A stretch of 64,000 bases of DNA from positions 160,001 through 224,000 of the forward strand of contig CAVSIV010000006.1 in the NCBI GenBank assembly GCA_963728205.1, given 5' to 3'. Within the stretch, counting starts at the first letter, position 1; every line of letters begins with the position of its first letter. This stretch comes from an uncultured Chloroflexia bacterium. GTDB taxonomy: Bacteria > Chloroflexota > Dehalococcoidia > UBA2979. The translations under genes and the position numbers were made by a program. The notes under the pieces were generated by a model that saw nothing but the letters and a program-made list of their open reading frames with translations, had not been told where the DNA came from and searched no databases. Of this stretch, positions 22,209 to 31,526 are shown piece after piece.

Positions 22209-22403
22209 GGGACTTCCCTCCGTGGTGCCCGCGTACGACGGCTCGCGTGAGCGGTCGCACCTGCCGCCGAACGGACAGTGGGGAGCCCGGTCGTGGTGGA
22301 CGGCGGCTGCGGGCGGGTTTTCCGCACCTTACCGAAATCTCGCAGTTTTGTCTTCCTCGCCATGTCTATAGACGAATTCTCGTAGATGCCGCCGCGCGTC
22401 GTG

Positions 22404-22432
22404 TTCACCCGGCCATTGCGAGCGCGTACCAT
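22404..22432 (+). promoter_or_regulatory. Putative sigma70 promoter of the ABC-F gene
   Basis: TTCACC-17 nt-TACCAT. Confidence 0.45.
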
Positions 22433-22482
22433 GCCCGCGTTCGCACGGCCCCCACGCCGCGCGGCACACGTCGAGGAGCCCG

Positions 22483-22494
22483 ATGACTCGCTAG
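22483..22494 (+). promoter_or_regulatory. Leader micro-ORF MTR*
   Basis: GAGGAG-cccg-ATG ACT CGC TAG in the 5' leader of the ABC-F gene. Confidence 0.6.
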
Positions 22495-22647
22495 CCCCGG
22501 GGCGATCCGCGAACGCGACTCCGACCCGTCCCCGGGTCCGGACCACGCTCGTGCCCCGGTGCGCATCGGCCCGCCGCGCCGACCTCCCGCACCCCCTCGC
22601 TCGCCCCGCACCGCATCTCGCCGCGGCCGCGACTGCTCGGGGTCCAC

Positions 22648-24354
22648 ATGCCATCAGCCATCCAGGCCATTGCCATCACGAAGGCCTTCGGGCCGCGCAT
22701 CGTGCTGCGGGGCGTGTCCCTCGTCGTCAACGCCGGCGAGACGCTCGGGGTCGTCGGGCCGAACGGCAGGGGCAAGACCACGCTGCTGCACGTGCTCGCG
22801 GGCACGCTCGCGCCCGACGCGGGCCGGGTCGAGGTCGCGGCGGGCGCGCGCGTCGCGCTGCTCGCGCAGGGCTACGCCGGCCGCGAGGCCGACCCGGTCG
22901 GCGCGCTGTTCCCGGCGCTGTTCGGCGACGCGAGCGACGCCGGCGCCGCGCGTGCCGCCGCGCCCGAGGCGCGGCTCGCGGCGCTCGGCGCAACGCTCGC
23001 GCGCGAGCGCGACCCCGCGGCGCTCGCCCGCGCCGCCGAGGCCTACGACGCGCTGCTCCGCGAGATCGAGGCCGGCGCCGCGGCCGCCGCGGCCGGCCCG
23101 CCCGGCGACGCCGACCCCGTCGCCGACGCCCGCGCCGCGCTCGGGCTGCGGCCCGTGGACGCCGGCACGCCGGCGCGCGACGTCTCGGGCGGCGAGCTCG
23201 CGAAGCTCGGCCTGCTCGACCTCGTCGCGCGCCGGCCCGACGTCCTCCTGCTCGATGAGCCGACGAACCACCTCGACCTCGCCGGCGCCGAGTGGGTGGA
23301 GTCGCTGATCGACGGCTTCGCCGGCCCCGTCGTCGTCGTGTCGCACAATCGCGCGCTGCTCGACGCGGTGTGCGACGGCATCCTCGACCTCGACCCCGCG
23401 GCCGCGGACGGGCCGCCCGCCGTCTTCCCCGGCGCCTACTCCGACTACGCCGCCGACCGCGCACGGCGCGTCGCGGAGCAGTGGGCCGCCTATGGGCGCC
23501 AGCAGCGCGAGGAGCGGCGGCTGCGCAAGGAGATCGCGGCGGCGGAGACGCGCGGGCGCGGCCTCGAGCGCCGCTTCGTGCGCGCCGCGACGAACCGGCC
23601 GTCGATCAAGATCGCGCGGCGCGCGACGACGCTGAAGGCGCGGCTCGAGCGTCGGCTGACGTCGGGCGAGCACGTCGAGCGCCCGGCGAAGCCGGCTGCG
23701 GGGCTCGGCGGCGGGTTCGCCGCCGGCGAGCGGTCCGCGTCGCGCGTGCTGGCGCTCGAGGGCGTCGCACTCGACGTCGCCGGCCGCCGCCTGCTCGAGG
23801 CGGCGAGCCTCGTCGTGCGGCGCGGCGAGCGCGTCGTGCTGATGGGCGCGAACGGGAGCGGCAAGAGCACACTGCTGCGCGCCGTGCTCGGCGAGCACGC
23901 GCCGGCGGCGGGACGGGTCGTCGTCCCGCCGTCGGTGCGCGTCGGCTACCTGCCGCAGGAGCAGGTCGTCGATGCCGCGGCCGACGGTGCGACGCCCGTC
24001 GACGTCCTGCGCCGGGCCGCGCCGGCGGGCCGGCCGCTGTCGGAGGCCGACGCCTACAACTACCTGCACCGCTTCCTGTTCGGTCACGACCAGGCGCGCG
24101 CGCCGCTGTCACGTCTCAGCTACGGCGAGCGCCGGCGGCTGGCGCTGGCGCGGCTCGTGCTCGGCGGCGCGCACCTGCTGCTGCTCGACGAGCCCACGAA
24201 CCACCTGGATCTGCCGGCCCGCGAAGCCTTCGAGCAGGCGTTCGACGGCTTCGACGGCGGCGCGCTCATCGTCACGCACGACCGCTACTTCATCGAGCGC
24301 TTCGCCGACGTCGCGTGGTCGATCGAGGAAGGCCGGCTCGTGCCGGTGCTGTAG
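22648..24354 (+). CDS. ABC-F family ATPase, possible ribosome-protection type
   Basis: Two NBDs (GPNGRGKT, GANGSGKS), LLDEPTNHLD twice, long helical linker, no TM helices. Confidence 0.92.
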   Translation: MPSAIQAIAITKAFGPRIVLRGVSLVVNAGETLGVVGPNGRGKTTLLHVLAGTLAPDAGRVEVAAGARVALLAQGYAGREADPVGALFPALFGDASDAGAARAAAPEARLAALGATLARERDPAALARAAEAYDALLREIEAGAAAAAAGPPGDADPVADARAALGLRPVDAGTPARDVSGGELAKLGLLDLVARRPDVLLLDEPTNHLDLAGAEWVESLIDGFAGPVVVVSHNRALLDAVCDGILDLDPAAADGPPAVFPGAYSDYAADRARRVAEQWAAYGRQQREERRLRKEIAAAETRGRGLERRFVRAATNRPSIKIARRATTLKARLERRLTSGEHVERPAKPAAGLGGGFAAGERSASRVLALEGVALDVAGRRLLEAASLVVRRGERVVLMGANGSGKSTLLRAVLGEHAPAAGRVVVPPSVRVGYLPQEQVVDAAADGATPVDVLRRAAPAGRPLSEADAYNYLHRFLFGHDQARAPLSRLSYGERRRLALARLVLGGAHLLLLDEPTNHLDLPAREAFEQAFDGFDGGALIVTHDRYFIERFADVAWSIEEGRLVPVL

Positions 24355-24461
24355 CTCGTCGCAAGCGGCGGCGGACATGCCGCCGATATCAACCGCGGCC
24401 GGAGGCCGCGCTGCGCATCGCGTCCTCGCACCTCCACGGCGCCGCCGTCCGTTTCGCTTCG

Positions 24462-24890
24462 CGCGCGGGCGGCGGTCGCCGCCCGTCATATCGGCGGCGT
24501 GTCTGCCGCCGCTTGCCCACGCGGGTTTCGGGCGCGCCGCCCGTCACATCGGCGGCGTGTCTGCCGCCGCTTGCCCGCGCGGGGTTCGGGCGCGCCGCCC
24601 GTCACATCGGCGGCGTGTCTGCCGCCGCTTGCCCGCGCGGGGTTCGGGCGCGCCGCCCGTCACATCGGCGGCGTGTCTGCCGCCACTTGCCCGCGCGGGC
24701 GGCGGTCGCCGCCCGTCATATCGGCGGCGTGTCTGCCGCCGCTTGCCCGCGCGGGGTTCGGGCGCGCCGCCCGTCACATCGGCGGCGTGTCTGCCGCCGC
24801 TTGCCCGCGCGGGGTTCGGGCGCGCCGCCCGTCACATCGGCGGCGTGTCTGCCGCCGCTTGCCCGCGCGGGGTTCGGGCGCGCCGCCGCC
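24462..24890. repeat. Tandem array of 7 REP-like units of 56-58 bp
   Basis: ATCGGCGGCGTGTCTGCCGCC at 24490, 24548, 24606, 24664, 24720, 24778, 24836; inverted copy at 24361. Confidence 0.92.
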
Positions 24891-24893
24891 GCC

Positions 24894-25874
24894 CTACCCG
24901 CGGACGAGCACGTCCGCACGGGCGACCGCCGCGAACGCCCGCGCGAGCGACCCTTCGCGATCGTCCGGGTCGATCAGCGGCGCGGCCAGCACCTCGCCCA
25001 TCCCGTCCTCGCGCACGTACGCCGCCAGCCGCTCCGCGACCGTCTCCGCCGATCCGCTCACCACCAGCGAGTCGAGCAGCTCCGGCGGGTACCCGTTTTC
25101 CAGCGACGAGAACCCCGCCGCCTCGAACATCGCGCGGTAGAAGGGCACGCGCGCGTACATCCCGAGCTGCCGCTGCGCCAGCGCGCGCACCGCCTCGCGG
25201 TCCTCGCTCACCGCCATCGGCACGTGCGCGACCAGCGGCGGCGCCGGCCGGCCCGCGCGCTCCGCGCCCCGCCGCAGCGCCGGCAGCGCCTCCGCGACGA
25301 GGTACGGCCGCGGGCACATCCACGAGATCGCGCCGTCCGCCAGCTCGCCGCACGCCTCGAACGACCGCGGACGCAGGGCCGACGCCATCACCGGCACCGG
25401 CGCCGGCTCGCGCAGCCGCGAGCGCGCCGTCACGTGCTCGCCCTCGAAGTCGACCTCGCCCTCGTGTAGGAGCGCGCGCAGCACCACCAGGTACTCGCGC
25501 AGGTTCGTGAGCGGTGACTGCCAGTGCACGCCGTAGGCCGGCACCATCGCCGGCTCGTGCGACGGACCGATGCCGAGCCGCAGCCGGCCCGGCGCCAGCT
25601 GGTGCAGCGCCACCGCCTGCTGCGCGAGCACGATCGGGTGGCGCGGCCACGTGGGCACGATCGCGGTGCCGAGCACGATCCCGCGCGTCGCGGTGAGCGC
25701 CGCGGCGTACGTCGTGAGCGGGTCCGCCCCGCCCGCGCCGCCGATCGTGGCCCACGCCGTGCGCACACCCGCCGCCTCCGCCTGCCGGATCTGCTCGACC
25801 GCCAGCGGCGCCGAGAACGCCTGGATCGAGACCCCGACCACCGGACCCGTCGTCGCCGTCGCGTCGTCCGCCAT
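24894..25874 (-). CDS. LLM-class flavin/F420-dependent oxidoreductase
   Basis: LGTAIVPTWPRHP, GRLRLGIGPSH, GELADG. Confidence 0.9.
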   Translation of the reverse strand: MADDATATTGPVVGVSIQAFSAPLAVEQIRQAEAAGVRTAWATIGGAGGADPLTTYAAALTATRGIVLGTAIVPTWPRHPIVLAQQAVALHQLAPGRLRLGIGPSHEPAMVPAYGVHWQSPLTNLREYLVVLRALLHEGEVDFEGEHVTARSRLREPAPVPVMASALRPRSFEACGELADGAISWMCPRPYLVAEALPALRRGAERAGRPAPPLVAHVPMAVSEDREAVRALAQRQLGMYARVPFYRAMFEAAGFSSLENGYPPELLDSLVVSGSAETVAERLAAYVREDGMGEVLAAPLIDPDDREGSLARAFAAVARADVLVRG

Positions 25875-26150
25875 CTGCGCACCTCCCTCGCGGCACGCGC
25901 GCGAGCCTAGCACGCACTCGATCTCGATCTGTCGCGGCGGGACCAATCACGAACGCGCATGTCCGAACGTCGAATCGATGCCTCATAACACATGTAGGCT
26001 CATCCGCCATCACAGGTGAAGTCGAGAACGCCGAAAAATCCGCCACACTCAGCAGCCGCGACCGCACCACATACGGCATTCATCTGCGATGATGCGCGCA
26101 CATTATTCGTCGCACGGCACGTGCCGTGCACTGCTCGGAGGGGACACCAC

Positions 26151-27932
26151 TTGAGCGACTCGACCACCAGATCCTGGACGCGGGCGATGCGCCGCCCCGT
26201 CACGCGTCGCGGCCTGATCCGCGGCTCCGCCACGGCCGGCGCGGGACTCGCCGGCGCGGCGCTGATCGGCTGCGGCAGCAGCAACAACGCGACCAGCACG
26301 CCCGCCCCCGCCGCCACCACCGCGGCCGCGGGCGGCACCGCCTCCGCCTCCGCGACCGCGGCCGCCGGCGGCCCGAAGACGGGCGGCACCTACAAGTACT
26401 TCCTCGCGCTCGACCCGACCACGCTCGACCCGTACGCCAACGCGTCGTACACGGCCAAGGGCTTCGCCGGCTTCGTCTACAGCCGCCTCTACAAGGTCGA
26501 CGCCCAGCCCGGCGCCAACCCGTACGACCAGCCGCCCACCCCGGACCTGGCCGAGAGCGCCGAGAGCCCGGACGGCCAGACCTGGACGGTCAAGCTCAAG
26601 CAGGGCGCGAAGTTCCACAACATCGCGCCGGTCAACGGCCGCGAGGTCACGGCCGCCGACGTGAAGTTCTCGTGGGACCGCCTCAACGACCCGAAGTCGC
26701 CGAACGTCGCGCAGGTGCCGAAGGGCGCGAAGCTCGACGTCGTCGACGACCACACGCTGAAGTTCACGCTCGCGTCTCCCTCGCCGACCTTCCTCGAGTT
26801 CATCGCCGACTCGAACACGCTCTGGATCCAGCCGACCGAGATGGGCGGCGCGGCCGACCCGACGAAGACGCCGATCGGCACCGGCCCCTGGGTGATGTCC
26901 GACTACGCGGTGTCGTCGAAGCTCACCTTCAAGAAGCACCCCGAGTACTTCCTCAAGGGCCAGCCGTACATGGACGGCGTCGAGCTCGCGATCATCCCGG
27001 AGTACGCCAACCAGAAGGCGCAGTTCGAGGCCGGCAGCCTCCACGGCTTCGTGCCGCAGCTCTCCGACGTCCTCGACATGAAGAAGCAGATGACGAAGGC
27101 GCAGTGGGTCGGCTACACCAGCGCCGTCCTCTACATGCTCTACTTCTCGCCCGAGTCCATGGAGCCGAACGCGCCCTGGCGCGACGACCGCTTCCGGCAG
27201 GCCGTGTCGATGGCCATCGACCGCGACGGCTACCTCGACCTCCAGTACAGCGTCAGCGAGCTGAAGAAGGCCGGCCTCGACGTCTCGTCGTCGTGGAACA
27301 ACCTGCTGCCGGATGGCTTCGGCACGCGCTTCTGGCTCGACCCGAAGTCGTCGGACCAGGGCCCCTCGGGCAAGTTCTTCAACTACGACGAGGCCGAGTC
27401 GAAGAAGCTCCTCGCCGCGGTGGGGAACACCGACCAGCCGTTCAAGTACCAGTACACCGGCAACGGGTACGGCAGCGTCTGGGTCCACTACGCCGAGGCG
27501 ATCGGGAACTGGCTCACGGCGGTCGGCCTCAAGCCGCAGACCGAGACCCAGGACTACAGCTCGAAGTACATCACGCAGACGTTCCGCGGGAACTTCACCG
27601 GCGTGACCTTCGGCATCGAGACGCCGTTCCCGGAGGCGGGCAGCTACATCGACCGCATGTTCGGCGACGACCCGGCCAACCACGGCAAGATCCACGACAA
27701 GGACATCGACGCGCAGAACGCGAAGCAGAAGGTCGAGCTCGACCCGAAGCAGCGCACCCAGCAGCTCTACGAGATCCAGCGCATCAACGACCAGCACATG
27801 TACTACGTCCCGACGCCCGGCGGCGGTGGGACGGGCTTCACGTCGTACCAGCCGAACGTGCACGGCCTCCGGCACACGCGCGGCTACGGCTACGCCACCG
27901 AGGAGCTCATGCAGTACTGGCTCGACGCCTAG
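26151..27932 (+). CDS. Orphan family-5 solute-binding lipoprotein with Tat signal
   Basis: TTG start after GGAGG; VTRRGLI, LIGC, KFHNIAPVNGRE, GTGPW. Confidence 0.9.
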   Translation: MSDSTTRSWTRAMRRPVTRRGLIRGSATAGAGLAGAALIGCGSSNNATSTPAPAATTAAAGGTASASATAAAGGPKTGGTYKYFLALDPTTLDPYANASYTAKGFAGFVYSRLYKVDAQPGANPYDQPPTPDLAESAESPDGQTWTVKLKQGAKFHNIAPVNGREVTAADVKFSWDRLNDPKSPNVAQVPKGAKLDVVDDHTLKFTLASPSPTFLEFIADSNTLWIQPTEMGGAADPTKTPIGTGPWVMSDYAVSSKLTFKKHPEYFLKGQPYMDGVELAIIPEYANQKAQFEAGSLHGFVPQLSDVLDMKKQMTKAQWVGYTSAVLYMLYFSPESMEPNAPWRDDRFRQAVSMAIDRDGYLDLQYSVSELKKAGLDVSSSWNNLLPDGFGTRFWLDPKSSDQGPSGKFFNYDEAESKKLLAAVGNTDQPFKYQYTGNGYGSVWVHYAEAIGNWLTAVGLKPQTETQDYSSKYITQTFRGNFTGVTFGIETPFPEAGSYIDRMFGDDPANHGKIHDKDIDAQNAKQKVELDPKQRTQQLYEIQRINDQHMYYVPTPGGGGTGFTSYQPNVHGLRHTRGYGYATEELMQYWLDA

Positions 27933-28067
27933 CCCGCCACGCGGCCGCCGGCCGCACGCGGATCAGCACGGAAGGCCGGGCGGCAGCGCCCGGCCTTCCG
28001 CATGCCGGGGCCGCATGCCCGGGCCGCTCGCAGGCCCGTGCTACGTTCGACGGAAGGAGGGCAGCCC

Positions 28068-28493
28068 GTGATCGCCTTCGAATGGGCCGTTCAGGAAGCG
28101 ACCGCCGACGCCTTCGCCGCCGTGCTCCACGACGCCGGGATCTCCGTGGAGCGCCGCGAGCGCGACGACGCGGGGGACGACACCGAGACGTTCGCGCTGC
28201 TCGAGCGCGCCGGACTGGCGTTCGACCAGCAGGCGCGCGAGAACCCCCGCCCGAACCGCGTGCTGCTCGTGGGGCGCGCCGCACCCGCGGAGCTCGCCAC
28301 CGCCATCTTCCGCGTCGCCTCGGACGCCTCGCTCGGCGGCGTACTGATCGATGTCGCGAGCGACCCGGTGCAGTGCACCGAGGTCCGCGGCGTCAACGGC
28401 CCCGTGGTCGTGCTCGCGGACGACGACGGCGCACGGCAACTCACGCTGGGGCTCGACGCGATCGGCGCCGCGCTCGAGCGCGCGCACGCCTGA
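28068..28493 (+). CDS. Hypothetical protein
   Basis: AAGGAGG RBS before GTG; host-like codon usage. Confidence 0.6.
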   Translation: MIAFEWAVQEATADAFAAVLHDAGISVERRERDDAGDDTETFALLERAGLAFDQQARENPRPNRVLLVGRAAPAELATAIFRVASDASLGGVLIDVASDPVQCTEVRGVNGPVVVLADDDGARQLTLGLDAIGAALERAHA

Positions 28494-28622
28494 CCGGCGG
28501 ATTCCTCGCCAAATTGGCGGTGCGCCGGCGTCGCGCGCAGGTGCGCCTGCGCTATAACATACGCACCGAAACATACGGACCGATCGCATCCCACCCACAA
28601 CGCGAACAGGAGCCGCGCCCAC

Positions 28623-29759
28623 ATGGCCATCGAGACTCGCCCCGACCAGCAATCGGACAGCGCGCCAAACCCGTTCGAAGCGCTGATGGCCTACGGCCGT
28701 GAGCGGGGCTACAAGCTCGACTGGCTCCGCCCGGGCGAGACGTTCGGCAGCCGCCTCGAGACCGGCGCCGGCACCGGCGGGCTGCTCCTGCAGGACGTGG
28801 ACCGCGGCCCCTACGGCCAGGTCCCGGAGTGGAGCGACAACCAGACGGGCCGCCCGCGTGGCGCGATCGCGCGACCGACGGCGCCGAAGGTCGGCAACTA
28901 CTCCGTGCGCACGAAGGCCGACATCTGGCTGCGCAACGGCGCGCAGCTCTACGAGGAGGCCGTGCAGCGGCAGTGGTCGTCCGCCGTCGACATCCCGTGG
29001 GAGACGCTCGAGGAGCTGCCCGATGAGATCGAGCGCGCCGAGTGCCAGCTCACGACGTTCCTCACCGAGGTCGAGTTCGTCGCCGGCGACGTCCCCGGCA
29101 AGTGGATCTCCGAGACGTCCCCCGACTACTACGAGCCGCGCATGTACCTGATCACGCAGATCATGGACGAGGCGCGCCACCTCGACGTCTTCCGCAAGCG
29201 CGCCTTCGCCAACGGCGGCGGGCTGCTGGAGCAGGTCAGGACGTCGACGGGCGGCGGCGGCGTGATCGACTCGGCGCGCGACTTCACGGAGATGTCGGCC
29301 CGCCTGCACATCTCGGGCGAGGGCTCGGTGCTGTCGCTGTTCCGCATGGGCGAGCGCATGTCGTACAACGACGCGGAGAAGGCGATCTACCGCCTGGCGG
29401 CGTCGGACGAGTCGCGCCACGTCGCGTTCGGCGTGATGCACCTGCAGTACCTCGCGCAGACCGACCCGGAGCGCAAGGAAGAGATCCACGGCTACCTCGA
29501 CGAGATCGAGATGGCGCTCGCCGCGGCAAGCGACTCGCAGAACCCCGCGGCGCGCGGCACGGTGTCGAACACCGCGCTGTCGATCCTGCTCGGCGGCGGC
29601 GCCGACGCGACGTCGATCCACGAGGGCAACCAGATCCTGCTCGCGGTGCGCCAGCGGCAGGTGAAGGAGTACATCCAGCGCATGAAGGTCGCCGGCTTCG
29701 GCGACCGCTTCGAGAACGGCCGCGCCAACCCGGCGCTGCAGCAGTACCTGTCCGCGTAG
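28623..29759 (+). CDS. Ferritin-like di-iron protein
   Basis: Two ExxH motifs (DEARH, DESRH), QW....DIPW segment; AGGAG RBS. Confidence 0.82.
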   Translation: MAIETRPDQQSDSAPNPFEALMAYGRERGYKLDWLRPGETFGSRLETGAGTGGLLLQDVDRGPYGQVPEWSDNQTGRPRGAIARPTAPKVGNYSVRTKADIWLRNGAQLYEEAVQRQWSSAVDIPWETLEELPDEIERAECQLTTFLTEVEFVAGDVPGKWISETSPDYYEPRMYLITQIMDEARHLDVFRKRAFANGGGLLEQVRTSTGGGGVIDSARDFTEMSARLHISGEGSVLSLFRMGERMSYNDAEKAIYRLAASDESRHVAFGVMHLQYLAQTDPERKEEIHGYLDEIEMALAAASDSQNPAARGTVSNTALSILLGGGADATSIHEGNQILLAVRQRQVKEYIQRMKVAGFGDRFENGRANPALQQYLSA

Positions 29760-29801
29760 GCGCGCGGCGGGCGTCGGGCCTGCCGCGCCGCGTCCCCGAG
29801 C

Positions 29802-29836
29802 CGCCCCCGCTCGTGACGAGCGGGGGCGTTGCTTTA
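29802..29836 (+). terminator. Probable intrinsic terminator
   Basis: CGCCCCCGCTCGT-g-ACGAGCGGGGGCG followed by TTGCTTT. Confidence 0.6.
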
Positions 29837-29880
29837 CCCGGCTCGGACCGGTCACGCGCGCGCCGGGCGGCGCGCGCGCC

Positions 29881-30369
29881 TTACGCGCCGGCGCGCCGCT
29901 CCAGCAGCAGGTCCTTGATCAGCATCAGCTCGCCGAGGTGCTCCGCCGCGTGCGCGAGCGCCGACACGATCGCGGCGCGGCGCGCGATCTCGACCGCCGG
30001 CGCGAGCCCCGCGAGCGACTGCGCCGGCACCACCACCTCGTCCAGCCGCGCCGGCGCCAGCGTCGCGAGCGCGCCGTCGATCTCCGCCGCGAGCGCGCGC
30101 AGCCCCGCCGTCAGCACCGGTGCCGCGACGCCGTGCGACGCGAACTCCGCCGCGCGGTCGCGCGTCGCGTCGCGCCCGCAGCCGATGCCGAGCACCCACG
30201 CGCGCACCGCCCCGACCACGTGCGCCACGATCGTGTTCGCGCTGTTGCCGCCCCCCAGCACGCGGGCGTCGAGCGTGCCCGGCGGGAACTCGTCGATCTG
30301 CGCGGCGAAGCGGTCGAGCAGGATCCGCAGGCGCGCTGCCAGCACCGCGCGCTCGTCGACCGGTGGCAT
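29881..30369 (-). CDS. DinB/DUF664-like thiol-transferase superfamily protein
   Basis: NS...IVAH, RDRAAEF, HAAEHLG metal-binding His triad. Confidence 0.75.
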   Translation of the reverse strand: MPPVDERAVLAARLRILLDRFAAQIDEFPPGTLDARVLGGGNSANTIVAHVVGAVRAWVLGIGCGRDATRDRAAEFASHGVAAPVLTAGLRALAAEIDGALATLAPARLDEVVVPAQSLAGLAPAVEIARRAAIVSALAHAAEHLGELMLIKDLLLERRAGA

Positions 30370-30578
30370 GCGCCCCTCCTTCGCCCCGGGCACGCCCCGG
30401 GAGGTGCGGTAGTGTCGGGCAGCGGGGAGGGCGGCGCAACGACGGCCGGCCGACCCCCGACGGGGCGGCGCGGACGGGCGCCGCCGTCGCGCGACCGCCG
30501 GGCCCCCCGCATACTGGCCGGGCGGCCAGCGCCGCACGCATCCGGCGCCCGGCCGCCGGCCGCGAAACGCGAGGACCG

Positions 30579-31421
30579 ATGCCACGCGAGCCCGGCTCCG
30601 ACGACGCGACCGTCCTCGCCTACCTGCGCCGGCGCTGGCGACACCGCCTCGACGCCACCACCATCCCGCAGGCTCAGCGGGCGCTCGCGCTCCCGCCGGG
30701 CACCGCCCAGCGCCTGCGCCTCCACGACCACCTCGCCGCCCACCCCGCCGCCCTGCGCACGCTGCGCACCTACGGCGAGTCGCCGCTCTCGCTCACGCTC
30801 ACCGACGACGAGAAGCTCCTCGCCCGCCGCGTGCTCGCGGGCGCCACGCCGGCCGCCGCCGCGCACGACCTCGGCCTGCCGCCCGACACGCGGCGCGCGG
30901 CGCGGCGCGTGCTCCGCCACGCCGGCATCCTCCGCGACGACCGGCCCGCCCCCGGGGCGGACGGCGTCGTCGACGGCGTCGGCCTCAACTTCCACACGAT
31001 CCGCATCGAGGGCGAGTCGACCTTCGGCGTGCACTGAGCGGTCGACTTCCTGCTGTTGGTCAACAGCGAGTACCCCGGCCGCCACCTGAGCATCGAGGAC
31101 GCCTGCGCGCAGTCGCACCGCCGGATGCGCGTCGACGTGTACGACGGCGAGATCGTCGCCACCGACCCGGCGTCGCTCTACCTGCTGCGCGGCGGCACCT
31201 GAGGCACGAACAACCTCTTCTGGTCAGAGGAGCACGCCCGGTCCTGGCTCCAGTCGCACCCCGACGCGCACAGCGAGGGCGCGCGCCTCGCGACCTACTA
31301 CGCGGCGATGCGCGACGCGCGCATCACCCTGCGCAACGTCGAGGACCTGCGCGCCGACTCCGAGACGTACCGCCGCCGCATCCGGCGCGCGCTGCGGCGC
31401 CTCGGGGACGCGACCCCGTAG
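30579..31421 (+). CDS. MerB-like organometal lyase, predicted selenoprotein with Sec153 and Sec208 (280 aa)
   Basis: Frame continues through TGA 31035-31037 (VH-U-AVD) and TGA 31200-31202 (GGT-U-GTNNLFWSEEHARSW) to TAG 31419; GAGGA RBS; SECIS-like hairpins after both TGAs. Confidence 0.85.
31038..31082 (+). promoter_or_regulatory. Bacterial SECIS-like element 1
   Basis: Upper stem GCTGTT-GGTC-AACAGC (31052-31067); lower stem GCGGTCG/CGGCCGC. Confidence 0.8.
31203..31238 (+). promoter_or_regulatory. Bacterial SECIS-like element 2
   Basis: Stem CTCTTCT-GGTC-AGAGGAG (31215-31232), same loop as element 1. Confidence 0.8.
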
Positions 31422-31526
31422 CGCGGGGTTCGTGGTTCGATTGCGCTCACCCCGAACGGCCACGGCCGGCGACGGATGCCCGCGAGCCGCTCCGTTCGCG
31501 CCGAGCGCAGTCGAACCGCGGGCCCG

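Noticed and set aside
24462-24890. CRISPR array
   Set aside because: The would-be spacers are near-identical, the repeat occurs singly across the window, and no cas genes are present.
30579-31421. Pseudogene with two nonsense mutations, or a 152-aa protein ending at 31037
   Set aside because: Both stops are TGA, both fall on catalytic Cys positions, and both are followed by matching hairpins; this is unlikely for random decay.
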